The position numbers and the translations under genes are program-made. A DNA stretch of 62,972 nt, filler included, from Reticulomyxa filosa (Eukaryota > Protista > Foraminifera), in assembly GCA_000512085.1 (NCBI GenBank). It is 20 parts of 20 records of this genome, joined end to end, with 100 filler letters (N's around TTAATTAATTAA, not from the genome) between each part and the next. Parts side by side here need not be neighbours in the genome. Positions count along the whole stretch, not along the records: positions 1 to 1,881 come from ASPP01011476.1; positions 1,982 to 7,466 come from ASPP01010835.1; positions 7,567 to 17,265 come from ASPP01026208.1; 17 more parts are not named here. One strand, given 5' to 3'. The notes under the pieces are model-generated. The model was not told the origin of the DNA. It ran no database searches and saw only the letters and a list, made by a program, of their open reading frames with translations. This document shows, piece by piece, positions 1 through 12,974 of this stretch. Numbering within the stretch: the stretch's first letter is position 1; each line of letters starts with the position of its first letter.

Positions 1-303
1 AAGTTTTTTATTAGAAAATTTGAAATTAAATTGAAAAAATATATAGCAAGTCATTTGAGTGTTCATATTGCATTTTGATTTAGTAATAATACTCTATATT
101 CTTTTTTGAAATATTTGACGTATTTGTGTGCATAGAGCCTTTTCGGTTGAACTTTGATATTTGAAGATTTAAGCAAAATTAGAAGTGTGGATAATATATA
201 TGCAAATGACAGAATTGAAAAAAAAAAAAGGAAGGAAAAAGAAGCATTTCCAATTCCATTTCATAAAACAAGTCAAGACCAAAAAGAGAAAGGCTGGAAA
301 CGT

Positions 304-1881
304 CTATTTGGGCGAAACAGTGATACTAACCAAAGTACCGTCAAAAGAGGTATCACGTGTGTTAAACAGCTGAGTGTACTGTCCGTCGGTGCTAGTAGTG
401 ACGGAGGCAATGGCTTGAGTAGGAGAATAGGTAAGGTCGTAGCCTTGCGGATACCAATATTTCAAGTTGGCGTAAACGACAGTAGGTTGAGTGATTGTGG
501 TATTCAAAAAGAAGTTGAGTTTGAACACCGCAGTGCCTTTATCAAACTGTATCAACTGTACATTGCCACTCACAAACTGTGCAAAGGTTCGACTCACAAC
601 TTTGGCAACCATTTCATTGACCGTCCCATTCGGTAAGAATATGCCATACCCGCAGCCAGTGCAAGTGCCATTGGGCAATGAACCAGCTAATGGCTATATA
701 ACAAAAACAAGCAAAGTAACGAAAAGTAAATAAATATATGTATATATAATATATATATATATATATTATATATACATATATTTATTTAGTTTTGTTGATT
801 GACAAAAGTAAACTTTGTATTCCCAGCCGATCCAACTGATTTTATAGTTGTCACATTCATCCATGACTCGGGACTGTTTGTCGAAGGTTTCGGGCGACAT
901 TTGTTCATTGGAGATATCGAACTCAGTCAAAAAGGCGGCGCATTTCCAAGAGTAAGCGTCGTGAACGCGCTCATAGAAATAGTTGTCGAGCTCCCCCACG
1001 TTTGGCAGCGAATAGTAATGGAACGAAAACACGCTCTGTTTCGCATACTCCTCGCCACCAGGGACATGAGTGAACCCAGTCTCCGTAAACGACACGTTGA
1101 ATTCATCCGTCCAAGTCACCGATTCAAAGAATATCATCCGAGTGCTGTCATTGTCTATCTTATGTGCCATTATAAGCAAGCAGAATATACATATATTGCA
1201 CATAATACATATATATGTATATATGTATATGTGCAATATATGTATATATAACTGTAAATTTGAGGAGCAATTCGATCATAAAACGGTTGCAAGTTTCTTT
1301 TGTCAGCATTACCTAACATTTGGAAAAAAAAAAAAAAAAGCGAGACAAAAACGATTGAGTTTTGAGGACTTTGAAAAAACAAAGGTTCAATTTTTTTTTT
1401 TTAAAAAAAATTATTATTATTATTATTTATTAAAAAAAAAAAAAAACGGTAACCTGGTAATAATAGCAAAGGGTCTTTGAAGATGTCTCCTGCCCTAAAA
1501 AAAAAAAGTAACATATATACACGTATACATATATATGTATATATATATTTATTTATTTACGTAAATGCATAAAACGTATACGTTACAAACAAGACATAAG
1601 TAAAGCGCAGACCAACCATGGCTCATTCATAAGCTCAAAGCCAATGATACCATCGACTCCTTTCATGGAGCTGGCCACGACCCCCCAAAAGTCGGCGTAA
1701 GCGTCACCCAAGCCGTTACGGTTGCTGTAGATGCTTTGGAAGGCGCTGGACGCCGCCTCGGTCGCGTAGTACGCAGACCAGTCCTGACTTAGGCAGTCTT
1801 CGCGTGACGGGATATGCTGGCTGTTGTTCACCGCATACGGCGAGTCTATCGGCTCTGGAAAGTTCCATTGTGTCGGTTGCA
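304..1881 (-). CDS. Glycoside hydrolase family 5 endoglycoceramidase-like protein, multi-exon, 5' part cut by contig end
   Basis: GT-AG spliced exons join to give GFELMNEPW/AGDIFKDPLLLLPG/NADKRNLQPFYDRI, containing the GH5 acid/base NEP. Later motifs are FSFHYY, the nucleophile FLTEF and SWIGWEYK. The last exon VVSRTFAQFVSG...YWYPQGY resembles the endoglycoceramidase C-terminal beta domain. Mini-exons at about 1454-1494 and 1254-1312 are not resolved in the ORF track. Confidence 0.88.
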
Positions 1882-1981
1882 NNNNNNNNNNNNNNNNNNN
1901 NNNNNNNNNNNNNNNNNNNNNNNNNTTAATTAATTAANNNNNNNNNNNNNNNNNNNNNNNNNNNNNNNNNNNNNNNNNNNN
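1882..1981. other. Artificial contig-joining spacer N44-TTAATTAATTAA-N44 (stops in all six frames); first of 19
   Basis: Identical 100-nt block also at 7467, 17266, 23833, 25201, 26801, 27901, 29129, 36226, 38494, 39633, 40838, 43652, 44752, 52112, 54160, 55298, 58699 and 61558 (start positions). Confidence 0.99.
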
Positions 1982-2649
1982 TTAGGGTGATTACACCCAC
2001 TTTCACTGGTATGTCTTTTTTCTTTTGTTTTTTCAATAATTTTTTAACTAAAAAACAAAAAAAGTGGTTTGCTTTTCAACAGTCGTCCACTTTGCAAAAA
2101 AAAAAAATGACTTTTTTATTCGGATGCTGTGCATCTTTCAACAAAAGAAAAAAGAAATGGGGTAAGGCCCCCCGTCTCCGCAAGGAGAAAATATGGTTTG
2201 TTATATCTATTTTTTTTTTTATTATTTTTTTTTGACATAATGATTTTGTATGTTTTATCAACTACAGCTGCAGCCCCATGTCCAAAAAAAATAATAAAAA
2301 GTATACGTCCTCATCCATCCAAAGAAAAATATCGGGATTGAAGCCACACCCGCACTCCAAAAAAAATAAACGAGTTTGTATTTTTATTTTTTTTATTTTT
2401 TTAATAAAACATATGTTTGTGTTTGTGAATAGGCATGCTCCCATCAAAAAAAAATATGTTTGTCCCCTACCCGTGCAAAAGAAAAAAATATATATGAATA
2501 TTGGAAATATAGCTTTTAGCCCCGATGCAAAAAGTATGTTATTTTGTTTCTTTTTTTTAAAAAATAAAACACTTTACTTTGTAAATGTGTTTATAGGAAT
2601 CAAGACAAAATCGGAAAGTTATTTTATTTTAGATTGGGGGATATTGAAA

Positions 2650-2990
2650 TAGAGGGAAAAAAATAAATTGGAAAAGGGAGTTAGATTGGAAAGGGAGGGA
2701 AAAGAATTTTAAAAAAAGTGTGAAAAAATGAAGGGGGGAAAAATTTTAGTTAAGAAAATGAAAAATAGAAAGAATGGAAAATAAAAATAAGAATGAGAAA
2801 ATAAAAATGAAAAAAATGTTGAAAAATAAAAAAATAACAATAAGAAAAAAAAGATTAAAAAGAGAAAAAAATGAAAAAGAAAAAAAAAGAGAAAAAGATA
2901 AAAAAAAAGATTGAAAAAAAGTAAAGGGGAAAAAGGGGATAAAATGAAAGAGAAAAAGAAGGAAGAATGAGAAGAAAAGAAGAGCAACAA
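2650..2990. repeat. Purine-rich (A/G) low-complexity tract
   Basis: Almost only A and G on the + strand; the Phe/Leu-rich minus-strand ORFs are a by-product. Confidence 0.8.
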
Positions 2991-5450
2991 CCAAGCGCGA
3001 AGACTGATTGCTCTGATCGTGAGAGCTGCTCAATTTGGTGGAAAAGTGCGAAAATCAAGTCAAGAAACTGGCAAGCAACGAAACAAAGATTTGTAAGAGT
3101 GGAGACTGGTCGCTTAAATCAAACTGGTCGTGTACGTGTGCATATGCGCAATTTTGGATTTTTACATGTGAGTGCTTAAATACTTGTGCAATGCGATCGA
3201 TCGACTCACACATCGTTAGAATTTTTCAATGCGATATTGTCTTAATTTGGTGGTGGAGTTGTGCAAAACTCCAACAAGACATTGGCCAGCAAGAAGAGAA
3301 AGATGATTAGAAGGACGAAGAGAAGCACGAAGTTACACCACGTTAATTTGTTTTTTTAAAAAAAATAGCTGGCCAGTTTGCTGAGTTTGGTTATGGAATT
3401 ATTCTTTATATCTGAAAATGCACAAAGTCGCCACTCGCGGGCGTGGACAACTTCACATAACTCTCCAATGGAAGGTTCAATCAGTGCAACCAGAAACATT
3501 GCAAAATTTATTTGCCATCAACTATGCACACAAATTTCTTCAAATAATTGTTGGAGTGGCACATACCAAAGATAATGTCGAACTGCGACTACAGACACCA
3601 AAAAACAATCGAAACGGTCGCGTGAGCACATTTGCAACAACGTGCATAAGTTGGGGGAAGTAATCACGAATCGCCCAAGAAGAAGAAAAAAAAAGAATGA
3701 TATCCCAACATCATTAAATCGCAATCGAAGCGTGGATGTACTAAAAATACCCGCGCAAAGTATGTCTATCATTACAAGATAGAGACGTTTTTCAACTACG
3801 AAATCCATCGCTCTCGGGAACAGTTGACAAGCTGTCTCAGATCATCCCGGAAAATCGGATCTTGATGCGACAGACGACGAAAGAAAGTTCACCAAGAAGA
3901 AAAAAAGAAAGAGGTGTTGATATAGAAAAGATGGTTTGCAACGGCAGCAGAGAAAAGTTGAAGGCAGTAAAGAAAAGAACATGGAATTTGTAAAGAAACG
4001 CTTACTAATCGCAATCGAAAAAACTACTACATTGGGAGAACATTCGATATGAGAGTGGTTCAACTTGGTGGAAGAGTTTTGCGAAACTCCGTCAAATATT
4101 GACAAGCAAGAAGATGAGTATGAGTAAGAGGAGAAGGAGGACGATAAGATAAGAATCACCATATCGCGTTGGATCTATTAAAAAAACAAACAAACAAATT
4201 CGTCTGCCAGATTTACGTAGTGTGGTTATGTATGGCTCTTCACGCCCACGAGTGAAGACTTTGTGTTTCCAGACTTACACTAACTTCATATAGAATGCGC
4301 CAATCAAAGATAATGCATAAGTTGTGGTAATGTCTTACAGTGATAAACCGAACAGTTGGAAAGAACGTAGCCATCTACATATGTGAACACAAGTCTCTGG
4401 TGCTGTGTCACGCCAACAATTATCCTCAAAAAGGACATCGAACTGCGATTTACAGATTCCAACGAACAAGAGAAGCTATGCTGTTATAAAAATGACGCTA
4501 ACTACGCATGTTGAAACTGAGACACTTGACTCTTGTAGTGACGGTCTCCGGGATCGACTATGAACTAAAGACGGCGTGTTGAATGCGATGCAATACTTTG
4601 TATTGGTTGCATTATCCAGTACTTGGAGGACAATGAAGTGCAAGGTCTCAATTTGAGTGGATTCGAGTCGACGTGGTTTTAAATTGTGAATCGCATAGTG
4701 ACTTTGGCGTACTCAAAAATCGCTGAACCATGGCATCAAGAACGAATAGTCCAATCATGAAAGAGGAAATACGAATGATATCCTCCCTCATTGGATCGCC
4801 AATCTAAATATTATCGAATGGATGCATTGTGATGGATGCAGAAATTTCTAAGAAATACCTTATCCAAAGCAAATTTGTGTTCCTCATCATAAGGGCGACG
4901 AACGTCGCATTTAGAAATTATCCATTATATGATGCATGGAATAGTTTAAAAAAATTGTCCAGTTCAATTGCGGACAATATTTCTTTTTGGTAAGCTTGCT
5001 TTCGTAGTCGGGCAGCATCAAGATTCAGAAAGAAAGACGCGGCGCAAAAAAAAAAAAAAAACGATATCGACATCACGACTGGATGGATCGAAGAAATGGA
5101 AGACAAAAAAAAAAAGATGCGCGTTATAGAAAGCAATCACATATGGTGTCGAGTAAGCCATCTCACGTGGAACCATCTTTTGATGTTATGACTCCAATTT
5201 GGTGGAGTAGTTTTGCGATACTCAAGTCAAGATCATTAGCAAATACGAAGGGAAGAAGATCAGAAAAAGATGATTCAAGGCCATACAGTTGTTAGATTTG
5301 TTTTGTTTATTTTTTTTTTTTAAAAGACAGTCTGTCAACTTTACTTTGGTTAGGAATGGTTCTTCGCATCCACAGTAGCGACTTTGCGCATCTTAACAGG
5401 ACTAATTTCACATAGTACGTCCCCTCAATAGAAGCTACTGGACGGTGTGT
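2990..5450 (+). repeat. Degenerate tandem repeat or decayed gene copies, unit about 0.8-1.1 kb
   Basis: The motif aa(t/c)ttggtgg...gc(g/a)a..actc...caag recurs near 3031, 3243, 4061 and 5195. tcgaactgcga..tacaga recurs near 3578 and 4438. All frames are interrupted by stops. Confidence 0.6.
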
Positions 5451-7739
5451 GATAACGTCAAGCGCAGTCCAATGATAATAGCGACGACAACGATAACGCA
5501 GTCCATGTCACTTCCATCATTTGTCAATTACTTCAAGATATTGGATTGGTGTTATATGTGCCAATATTCGGTTCACTGCTGTTGGTGTCGCGGAAGAGAG
5601 GTAATGCTGTTGCATCATTTATCACAAAAAGCAACAAGTTGTGCCAATCGATAATGGATTGACGATTCAAAAGTCGCTCCGTTATTTACCAAGCAAAACA
5701 AAGCTTGGATATTAGTGGCGCTGGGCTCCTGCTGAGCGCAATATTTTATGTCAGCAGTCGAGTCCTACACTCTATCATTTCAACTCTCTCATCTCAAAGA
5801 TGCAGTCGCTGTGGATATGAGCGAATTGTTCGGTTATCAAAAACCGAACCACTCGAATTCAAAAAGTGGAATGATCGGCCATTGACAAGACCGCACTTAA
5901 AGAAATGGTAGCTCTAGGGGAAGAGTATTTTAGTGATAATATCTTCCTTCAAGTCAGTTCAATTGTTCATACTTGATGGAAGCATTACCATTGAAATCAA
6001 CGTACATATTCCAATACAAGATCTCAAGGTATTTTATTGGTAATTTGTGTGCCTGTCTCTTTCCTGATATTATAATTCGTGATGGGTCCATTACTTGAAA
6101 AGGTTTTTTTTTATTTGTACATATTTAATATAAAACATCTTCATAACGTATATTTAATATTTATGTATACGTGTGTGGTATAATGTTGCTTGAACTTTTT
6201 GAATAGATCTTTAAAGGTGTGTAAATGGAGATAGACAAGCTGTTGCTGTTAACATTGCTATTGGTGCTGAAGTGAATTCCCAGTAGAAATAGTAATAGTA
6301 TAGCAACAACATGCATTGATTATGGGTCATCGTATTGTACTTTGAATAAAGTATAATTTGGAAAAAAATAAAAATTTGGAGGTCCATATCCGTGTAAATG
6401 TGCTCATGATTGATTGAAAATAATGAGCTGCGCAACATATGTTTCCAAGTTATAACCTTTTTTTATAATGTGATTGAAAAACACTTGACACACGTATGAT
6501 GAATACACATGTATATAACATAGGGTTCCAAAGAACCAATACCTGTCTGTCGAGCAATTGAAAAGTGGCTTGTGGTTGCGGTGTCAGCAAGCAAGAGTAA
6601 AGTCAAACAATGCCAAATTTGTGGCATATTTGATTGCAAGTGTGTCTCAAATGTTGTTTTTTTTTGTCCCAAATGTAATTTTTTGGATTTTTTTTAAAAA
6701 TATCAACGCTTTTCTCCAGCACCTGACATCTCTAATCAAATTATATTAATTGTAAAAAATTTCTGAATTTTAATATTTTAAATCTAAAAGAAAGTCAAAA
6801 ATATGCAGATAGATTCGATTTGGTTTTCACTTTGAAAAAACTGATAGTTGGAATTAATTGCAGGTGATATATGCAATAGACTCTTCTATTATTTAGAGTT
6901 GGTGCAAAAAAAAAAATAAGTACTCTAAAAGAGCCACACGTAAGCGTCGACTGTACAAAATAGGAATTGATTCTTGTTTTGTGTAGGAGTAGAGGACAGA
7001 AGAATACCTATAGAGAAAACAAAAAGACGAGAAGCAAATGGAGGAAGTAGAGTCTGAATCCAATGAAGCCAATGAAAACAAAAATTGCAGTAATATTGGC
7101 GATTGGAAGTTGGGAAGATGTTCTTTGGCCATGAAAAGGAACAAAAGACTCTGAAATTTCAAAAAAGAGCAGAAGAAGATGATAAAACATGAATAGTAAA
7201 ACAAGAGTTTAAAAAAAAAGATACAAAATATTAATTTTTCATCATTCAATTTGACAAAAATCTTTCTTATTTACATAGCAAAAGAAATACGTTTCAAAAG
7301 AAGATTTTATCAGACCAAATCGTTGTGACAACTCAATTGCCTAAAAAGTTTCTCCACGTTGTTCCACGAGCAATATCTGTGGTAAAATTAAACCTTTCGC
7401 ACCTTTACAAATACTTATCTTTATCGATAAACCACAATATGGAACTCCACCCTGCCAAACGCATTTNNNNNNNNNNNNNNNNNNNNNNNNNNNNNNNNNN
7501 NNNNNNNNNNTTAATTAATTAANNNNNNNNNNNNNNNNNNNNNNNNNNNNNNNNNNNNNNNNNNNNAAAAAAAAAAAGAACAAAATATAAAACATAGCAT
7601 TTAAACTAAGTTGATGCATCGACGCAAGTACATTATATGAACATATATATAATGTATACATATATACGTATACACATATATGTACATATATATGTATACA
7701 TATATATACATATATATATATATATATTATATATGTAAC

Positions 7740-8979
7740 TCGATTCAAAGCACGCCACACTTTGGTGGCATCGGAGGACAGAGAAGGGATGAACAATTCG
7801 ATGCATTCGATAGAGGACTGTTTCCACAAGGCTTTCATCAAGGCATAGGTATCGCGGATGTCAGTTTCCATCAGTTGATGTTGCACGACGGACAGAGGGA
7901 TGAATTGTCCGCTTTGCAAAAGGAGTTTGGCGCATTGGAACTCCAAGCTGCGATTGTAGGCCATTTTGACAACAAAGTTTTCGCCTTGGGCGTTCTTTTC
8001 GTAGAGGATGAAGCGGGACGTCTGAAAGTGCAAAGGATAGGAGAGCATCAGCGGCGCGAGCGTGTGAGGCCGGAAGCCGGCCATTTGCAGCTGCACGTCA
8101 AATGAGTTGTTGGTGATTTGCTTTGAGCATTGCAGCATAAAGTCTTGCAATCGAGCGATTTGGTTCCACGGGTGCTGTCGTTCTTTCAGTAAGGACATGG
8201 ACTTGAGCAGCAGTCGAATCTCGCCAATGATGCTTTCGTGATTGACGGTGTAAATCAGGTTGACTTTTATATCTCGATATTGTCTCGGGATGTCATCTAA
8301 ATCCAAATCGGAAGAAGAAAGAGGAGAAGAAGAAGATGATGATGATTGTAAGGTAGGGTCTATAGCATTGAGATTGGTTGCGTGATTGGTTGCGTTTTTG
8401 ATTGGTTTGAAAACGATCGAAAACGACGACTTGGAGGAATTGGAAAGGAAACCATTTTTGACACGTAGGATTTGAAACAGGTTGTACTTTTCCTCTTGAA
8501 TGGTTGCGACAAAGTGGTCCAAGCCATGCTTCAGTGTCTCGATGGTATCGTAAATGACTTGACAGCGAATAATGTCGATAATGTGTGCCGACTTTGGGTA
8601 CTGCCCGTCCTTGACATACTCCACTTGCGCCTTCATCTTGCAGCGATCAATGTTCTTGATCGCTCCACTCTTGAACACGCACGTGACGCCGCTCGACTGC
8701 ACAATCTTGTTGATCTCTTGCTGGAACGATGAATTCAACTTGTGCGCACGAGTGAGCAGCTCGTTCAAATATATGTCGTAGTCATATATATGTCGGGGAT
8801 GGAATGACATGTCGCTGCTTTGCATTTGCATATGCAACAAGTCTTGCAACGTATGTTGGCAATTCACCCCAAATGGAATTCGGTCTTGTCTCCAATTTTT
8901 TTTATGAAAGATTACATTATTGCTGTTATTATCATTATTAATATAAGTATTATTATTATCATTGATGTTATTATTATTG

Positions 8980-9015
<36 letters not shown>

Positions 9016-10971
9016 GTGTTATTATTATTATTATTGCTGTTGTTGACTGTAGTATTATTAATGTCAGTGTTGTTGTTGTGATCATATCTATCCAATAAAA
9101 CATGGTCATATTTCCATCGCTTGATTTCGTTCATCAACTGTTCGTTCTTCTTAATTTCCTCTCTTATCTCGCTTTCAAACGCCTTTTTGTCCATTTCACT
9201 TTCAATGTCGCAGTAGTTTTTGATCTCTTCGAAACACGTCGGCTTGGCTACTTTCGGCTGTCGGTTTCGTTTCAGCGTCCGATGTGGGTTCTCAAAGATG
9301 TTCATATTGTTATCATTGTTATTGTTATTGTTATTGTTATTGTGATTATCATTGTCGTTGTCATTGTCATTGTCATTGTCATTGTTATTATCATTGTTAT
9401 GATCATTGTGATTGTCATTGTTATTATGGTTATCTTCTTCTTTACCCGTCTCATTGTCATTGCTATTGCTATTGCTATTGCTATTGCCATTGCTATTGCC
9501 ATTAGTATTGTTATGGTTGCTGTTGTTGTTATTGTTGGCATTGACATGATGAGATGGGGCTTCTTCCAACCAACACAGCAAGTCTCTGTTTTCAAGCAAA
9601 TGCTCGACAATCCATTGCCATTGATAGTTGTTCTTATGAATGGTATTTTTGACGTGCAACATCTGTTTGCACTGTTCGAACAAGCAATCCCACATTAACT
9701 TGGAATCGAAGATCCAACACAAGTTAAATATCTGCGTGCAAACCATTTTGCCATCTTTGATCATGGCGATGATGCTGGTGATCAACACATTTATTATATG
9801 CTTCAGCTCCTCCTCATCACGCGTGTTATTCTTCAAGTACGACAGCATCATTTCGCTCCTCTCCTTCTCCTTCAAATAGGTCGACGCATAGTCTCTTTCT
9901 TTTTGCTGTCTTTCGTCCAATCGCTTCACACTCATTAGCAGCTTTATTGCTTCCTCATTTTGAAACATTATCGCGTCTTGCAACGCCTCCGTCACTTGTT
10001 GGTCACTACTTTTTATTATCTCCGATTCCAACAAATAGCGCGCACATTTCACATTGCTCGCGCTGTAAGGACTTACCAAATGTCGTAATAAGTTCATCTT
10101 TTTTTTTATATGCATACAATATACATCATATACATATATGTACATATATGTATATGTATATGATGTATATTGTATGCATCCCTTCTCCCCACTTCCTTCC
10201 TTCTGTTTTTATAGATGTGTGTAACATTACCTCATAGCCACGATACTCAAATGTCATGTCAATTTTTATTTGTTTTGTTTTTGCATATCTTTCCATTATG
10301 TCCACAAATATGTCATTTTTTTCGTCATCTGCGTATAAACATGCATACAACAATATCTTTCGCTATAATATCAATCCACACAGTTCCACATGCAAACACG
10401 TACACGCATATATATATATATACATATATATATGTATATGCATATATGTAAATGTATATGATATACAAATGCTCAATTAAGCATCGGAAACAATAACAAA
10501 CTTTTTTTTTTTTTTCACTTAACACATTTTAATTCAACGTCTGTGATTTGATCGATTTCTAACAGCCTTTGACAATACCATGGATCGTTAACTACTGATT
10601 GATGATGCTCCCTACTCCGGAGGTTTGACGATATTACACTTATTGTTTTTAATGTGTTCCCGTTGTTCTCTTCTAGTTCTTTTCGCAACTCTTCTTCGCT
10701 CATTACTTCGCCATACAATAATTCCAATGCTTGTAGTTCTTTTGAATACTTTCCTCTTTTATTTTTTTTTTTTGAACACCACCAAAAAGAGGTTGTGTTG
10801 AATCCGTCAACAAACAAATAATTACATAATGTTGAAAGCCTACGTCATCATCGAACCAAACCCATTTTTTGTGCTTTTTGTTTTTTCCCTCATTTTCGGG
10901 TTATTTTGAAACGTAAAGCTACTTTGTCACCTGGCTGATTTCAAGGTTATGTCTTGTTTCTTTTCTTCCAT
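7740..10971 (-). CDS. Multi-exon protein with ankyrin-like helices, poly-Asn linkers and a RelA/SpoT synthetase-like (nucleotidyltransferase) domain; 3' end cut by contig end
   Basis: The large exon (about 7740-10098) contains GAIKNIDRCKMKAQVEY, HIIDIIRCQVI, RVKNGF, QYRDIKVNL and IIGEIRLLLKSMSLLKERQH. Upstream exons are at about 10232-10362 (RKILLYACLYADD...) and 10525-10755 (ELQALELLYGEVMSEEELRKELEENNGN, UBA/CUE-like by eye). The start near 10971 is uncertain. Confidence 0.72.
8911..9545 (-). repeat. Poly-Asn / Asn-Asp trinucleotide and hexanucleotide tracts inside the CDS
   Basis: (AAT)n, (AATGAC)n and (AATAGC)n runs in frame, in two blocks at about 8911-9080 and 9305-9545. Confidence 0.95.
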
Positions 10972-12974
10972 CTTTTGTTTTGATTTTATACGATCAACGA
11001 ATCAAAAGGAATTTTATATATGCTTAATTTTTTGTAATGTGCTATATATATCGTCGTTCACAATATTTTTTATTCGTTATTTTCACCTTTAACAGAACTT
11101 TTAGCACAACTTCTGTTGATTGATAATAGCACAAGCTTAAGAACTCAAGTATAACAAAATTTAAAAGAAATCAAGTTGTATCCGTGAAGAATGGCAGCTT
11201 ACAACAAAGTCGCTGCAGTTTGACAAAAATCAAACAGATATTTTGTTTAGATTTTGCTAATATTATTTTTTAAAAATGTCAAGATGAAAAATTGCATTGA
11301 AAATACAATAATATGACAAGCAGCAAAAACAAACATTCCAGCAGCTATTTTTAACATTTAACTCCAAACATTTTTTAGAAATTTTTGAGTACGACACAAA
11401 ATTTGTTATTATTGAACTGTTCAAAAAAGCAAGATGGATGCATTTCAAGAAAGGGCATAGGCCTCCGTTTGCATGGTTAAAAAAAAGTCATATTTGCAAT
11501 TACAACCCGGCTAATATCTTCTCGTAATACAATACCACAAAATTAACAACAAGAAACATCACAAAACCTTTTGTTCCGCTCTTTCTTGCTAGCCTCCAAA
11601 AAAAGCAAGTCAAGTGAAATCAAACAAATATCAAAAAGAAAAAAAGATGAAGCGCTATCGGATGCACTTCTTGATCATTTCCTCAAACTATTCAATCACC
11701 AATAATTTTTTCTACAACATCGAGTGACAAGTACCACATGACGCGCAACCAACTAATCCCAGACATCAAATAAACAAGTGAAAAAAAAAGTGTATTTGCA
11801 CGTTTGCATGATTTATTTATTAATTAGTCAATAAAAAAAATATTACAAAACCTGCTTATGCTCCAAAATAGGCCAGTGAGCTCTCATAATATTTATTGAT
11901 TATATAGTTCACATTGAAGAATTTGAAGAGAGCCAAGTGAAAGAGCTTTACAATATTTCTGCAGAACAGTAAATCAAAGGAGTCATATTTTTTGTAATTG
12001 TTCGTGCTCTTCTTGTTTCTTTTTATACTCTTGGCTTCTTTCACAAATAAATAATATTTCATTCTGATAACAACTGAATAAATTTCTGTTCAAGGTTAAA
12101 ATATTCAAAAACAAACAAATCAATTTTTTTTGAACTAATGCGAACACACTCTGTTTTTAAAATTTTTTGGATCCATTCTTTTTGGAATTGAAATAATATT
12201 GTTGCCTTTTTTTTATCCTTTTATTGATAGATTTTGGTTTAAAACATAAGAGATCATTTTTTATAAAAATACTTGTGCAGCTTTTATTATTTGCAAGACA
12301 TTTATTTCAATTTTTTACTTTTTTCTGAAGTATTTTATAGTCTTGTATCTAAAATTATATCACAAAATAAATTCATCTTGTCTGCAACGTGCCAAACAAA
12401 ATAAAATATCTTTAGTTTTCAAATCTATATATCTGACTGTTTGTAATTTTTTCATTTTGCCAGTTAGTATAGCTTTTTATTTAATTGTTTCATTTTCACA
12501 TTAAATATGTCAAGAAAAAATTAGTAAACACTTTAGACTCCATCCAATTGTATTTATTGGTCGAGTATTTACAAGCACTTTGTGTTGATGAAAACTTGTA
12601 ACTTTGTTTTGCTTGCCACAAAGCTCAACAAAATTTTTTGTATGATCATTGATAACAGTTTTGATCTAAAAAAGTTGCCTGAAATATCGTCACGTCGAAC
12701 AATTAACACAATCATCCAGTACATTTGCCGTCAGTGAGTTCAACTGGTTTTAGCGTCAACACGTAAAAAAAACAATTTTCAATTTTAAATAAACGGAAAA
12801 AATTGCAATGAGCAGCCGTTACAAACATTCATAATATCAGTTACCACTTCTTGTAGCGCCTTGTCCCAAATGGACTTGGGCTTGGCCAACCACTCAAGTG
12901 ACCTTCTGGCTCTTTCTTGTCGATCTAATCGCTGAATCGCGCTTTTTCATCTCTTTCTTGTAGTACAATTGCGA

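Noticed and set aside
1982-1998. TTAGGG at a contig start as a telomere
   Set aside because: Single copy, no tandem array.
2709-3058. Phe/Leu-rich ORFs as membrane proteins
   Set aside because: They are translations of an A/G low-complexity tract that may be poor-quality sequence.
8820-9698. Ile/Val-rich and Cys-rich plus-strand ORFs
   Set aside because: Antisense shadows of poly-Asn/Asp codons.
10825-10865. KWVWFDDDVGFQHY as a WWE domain
   Set aside because: Only the first motif is present and the splice phase is uncertain, so it is insufficient.
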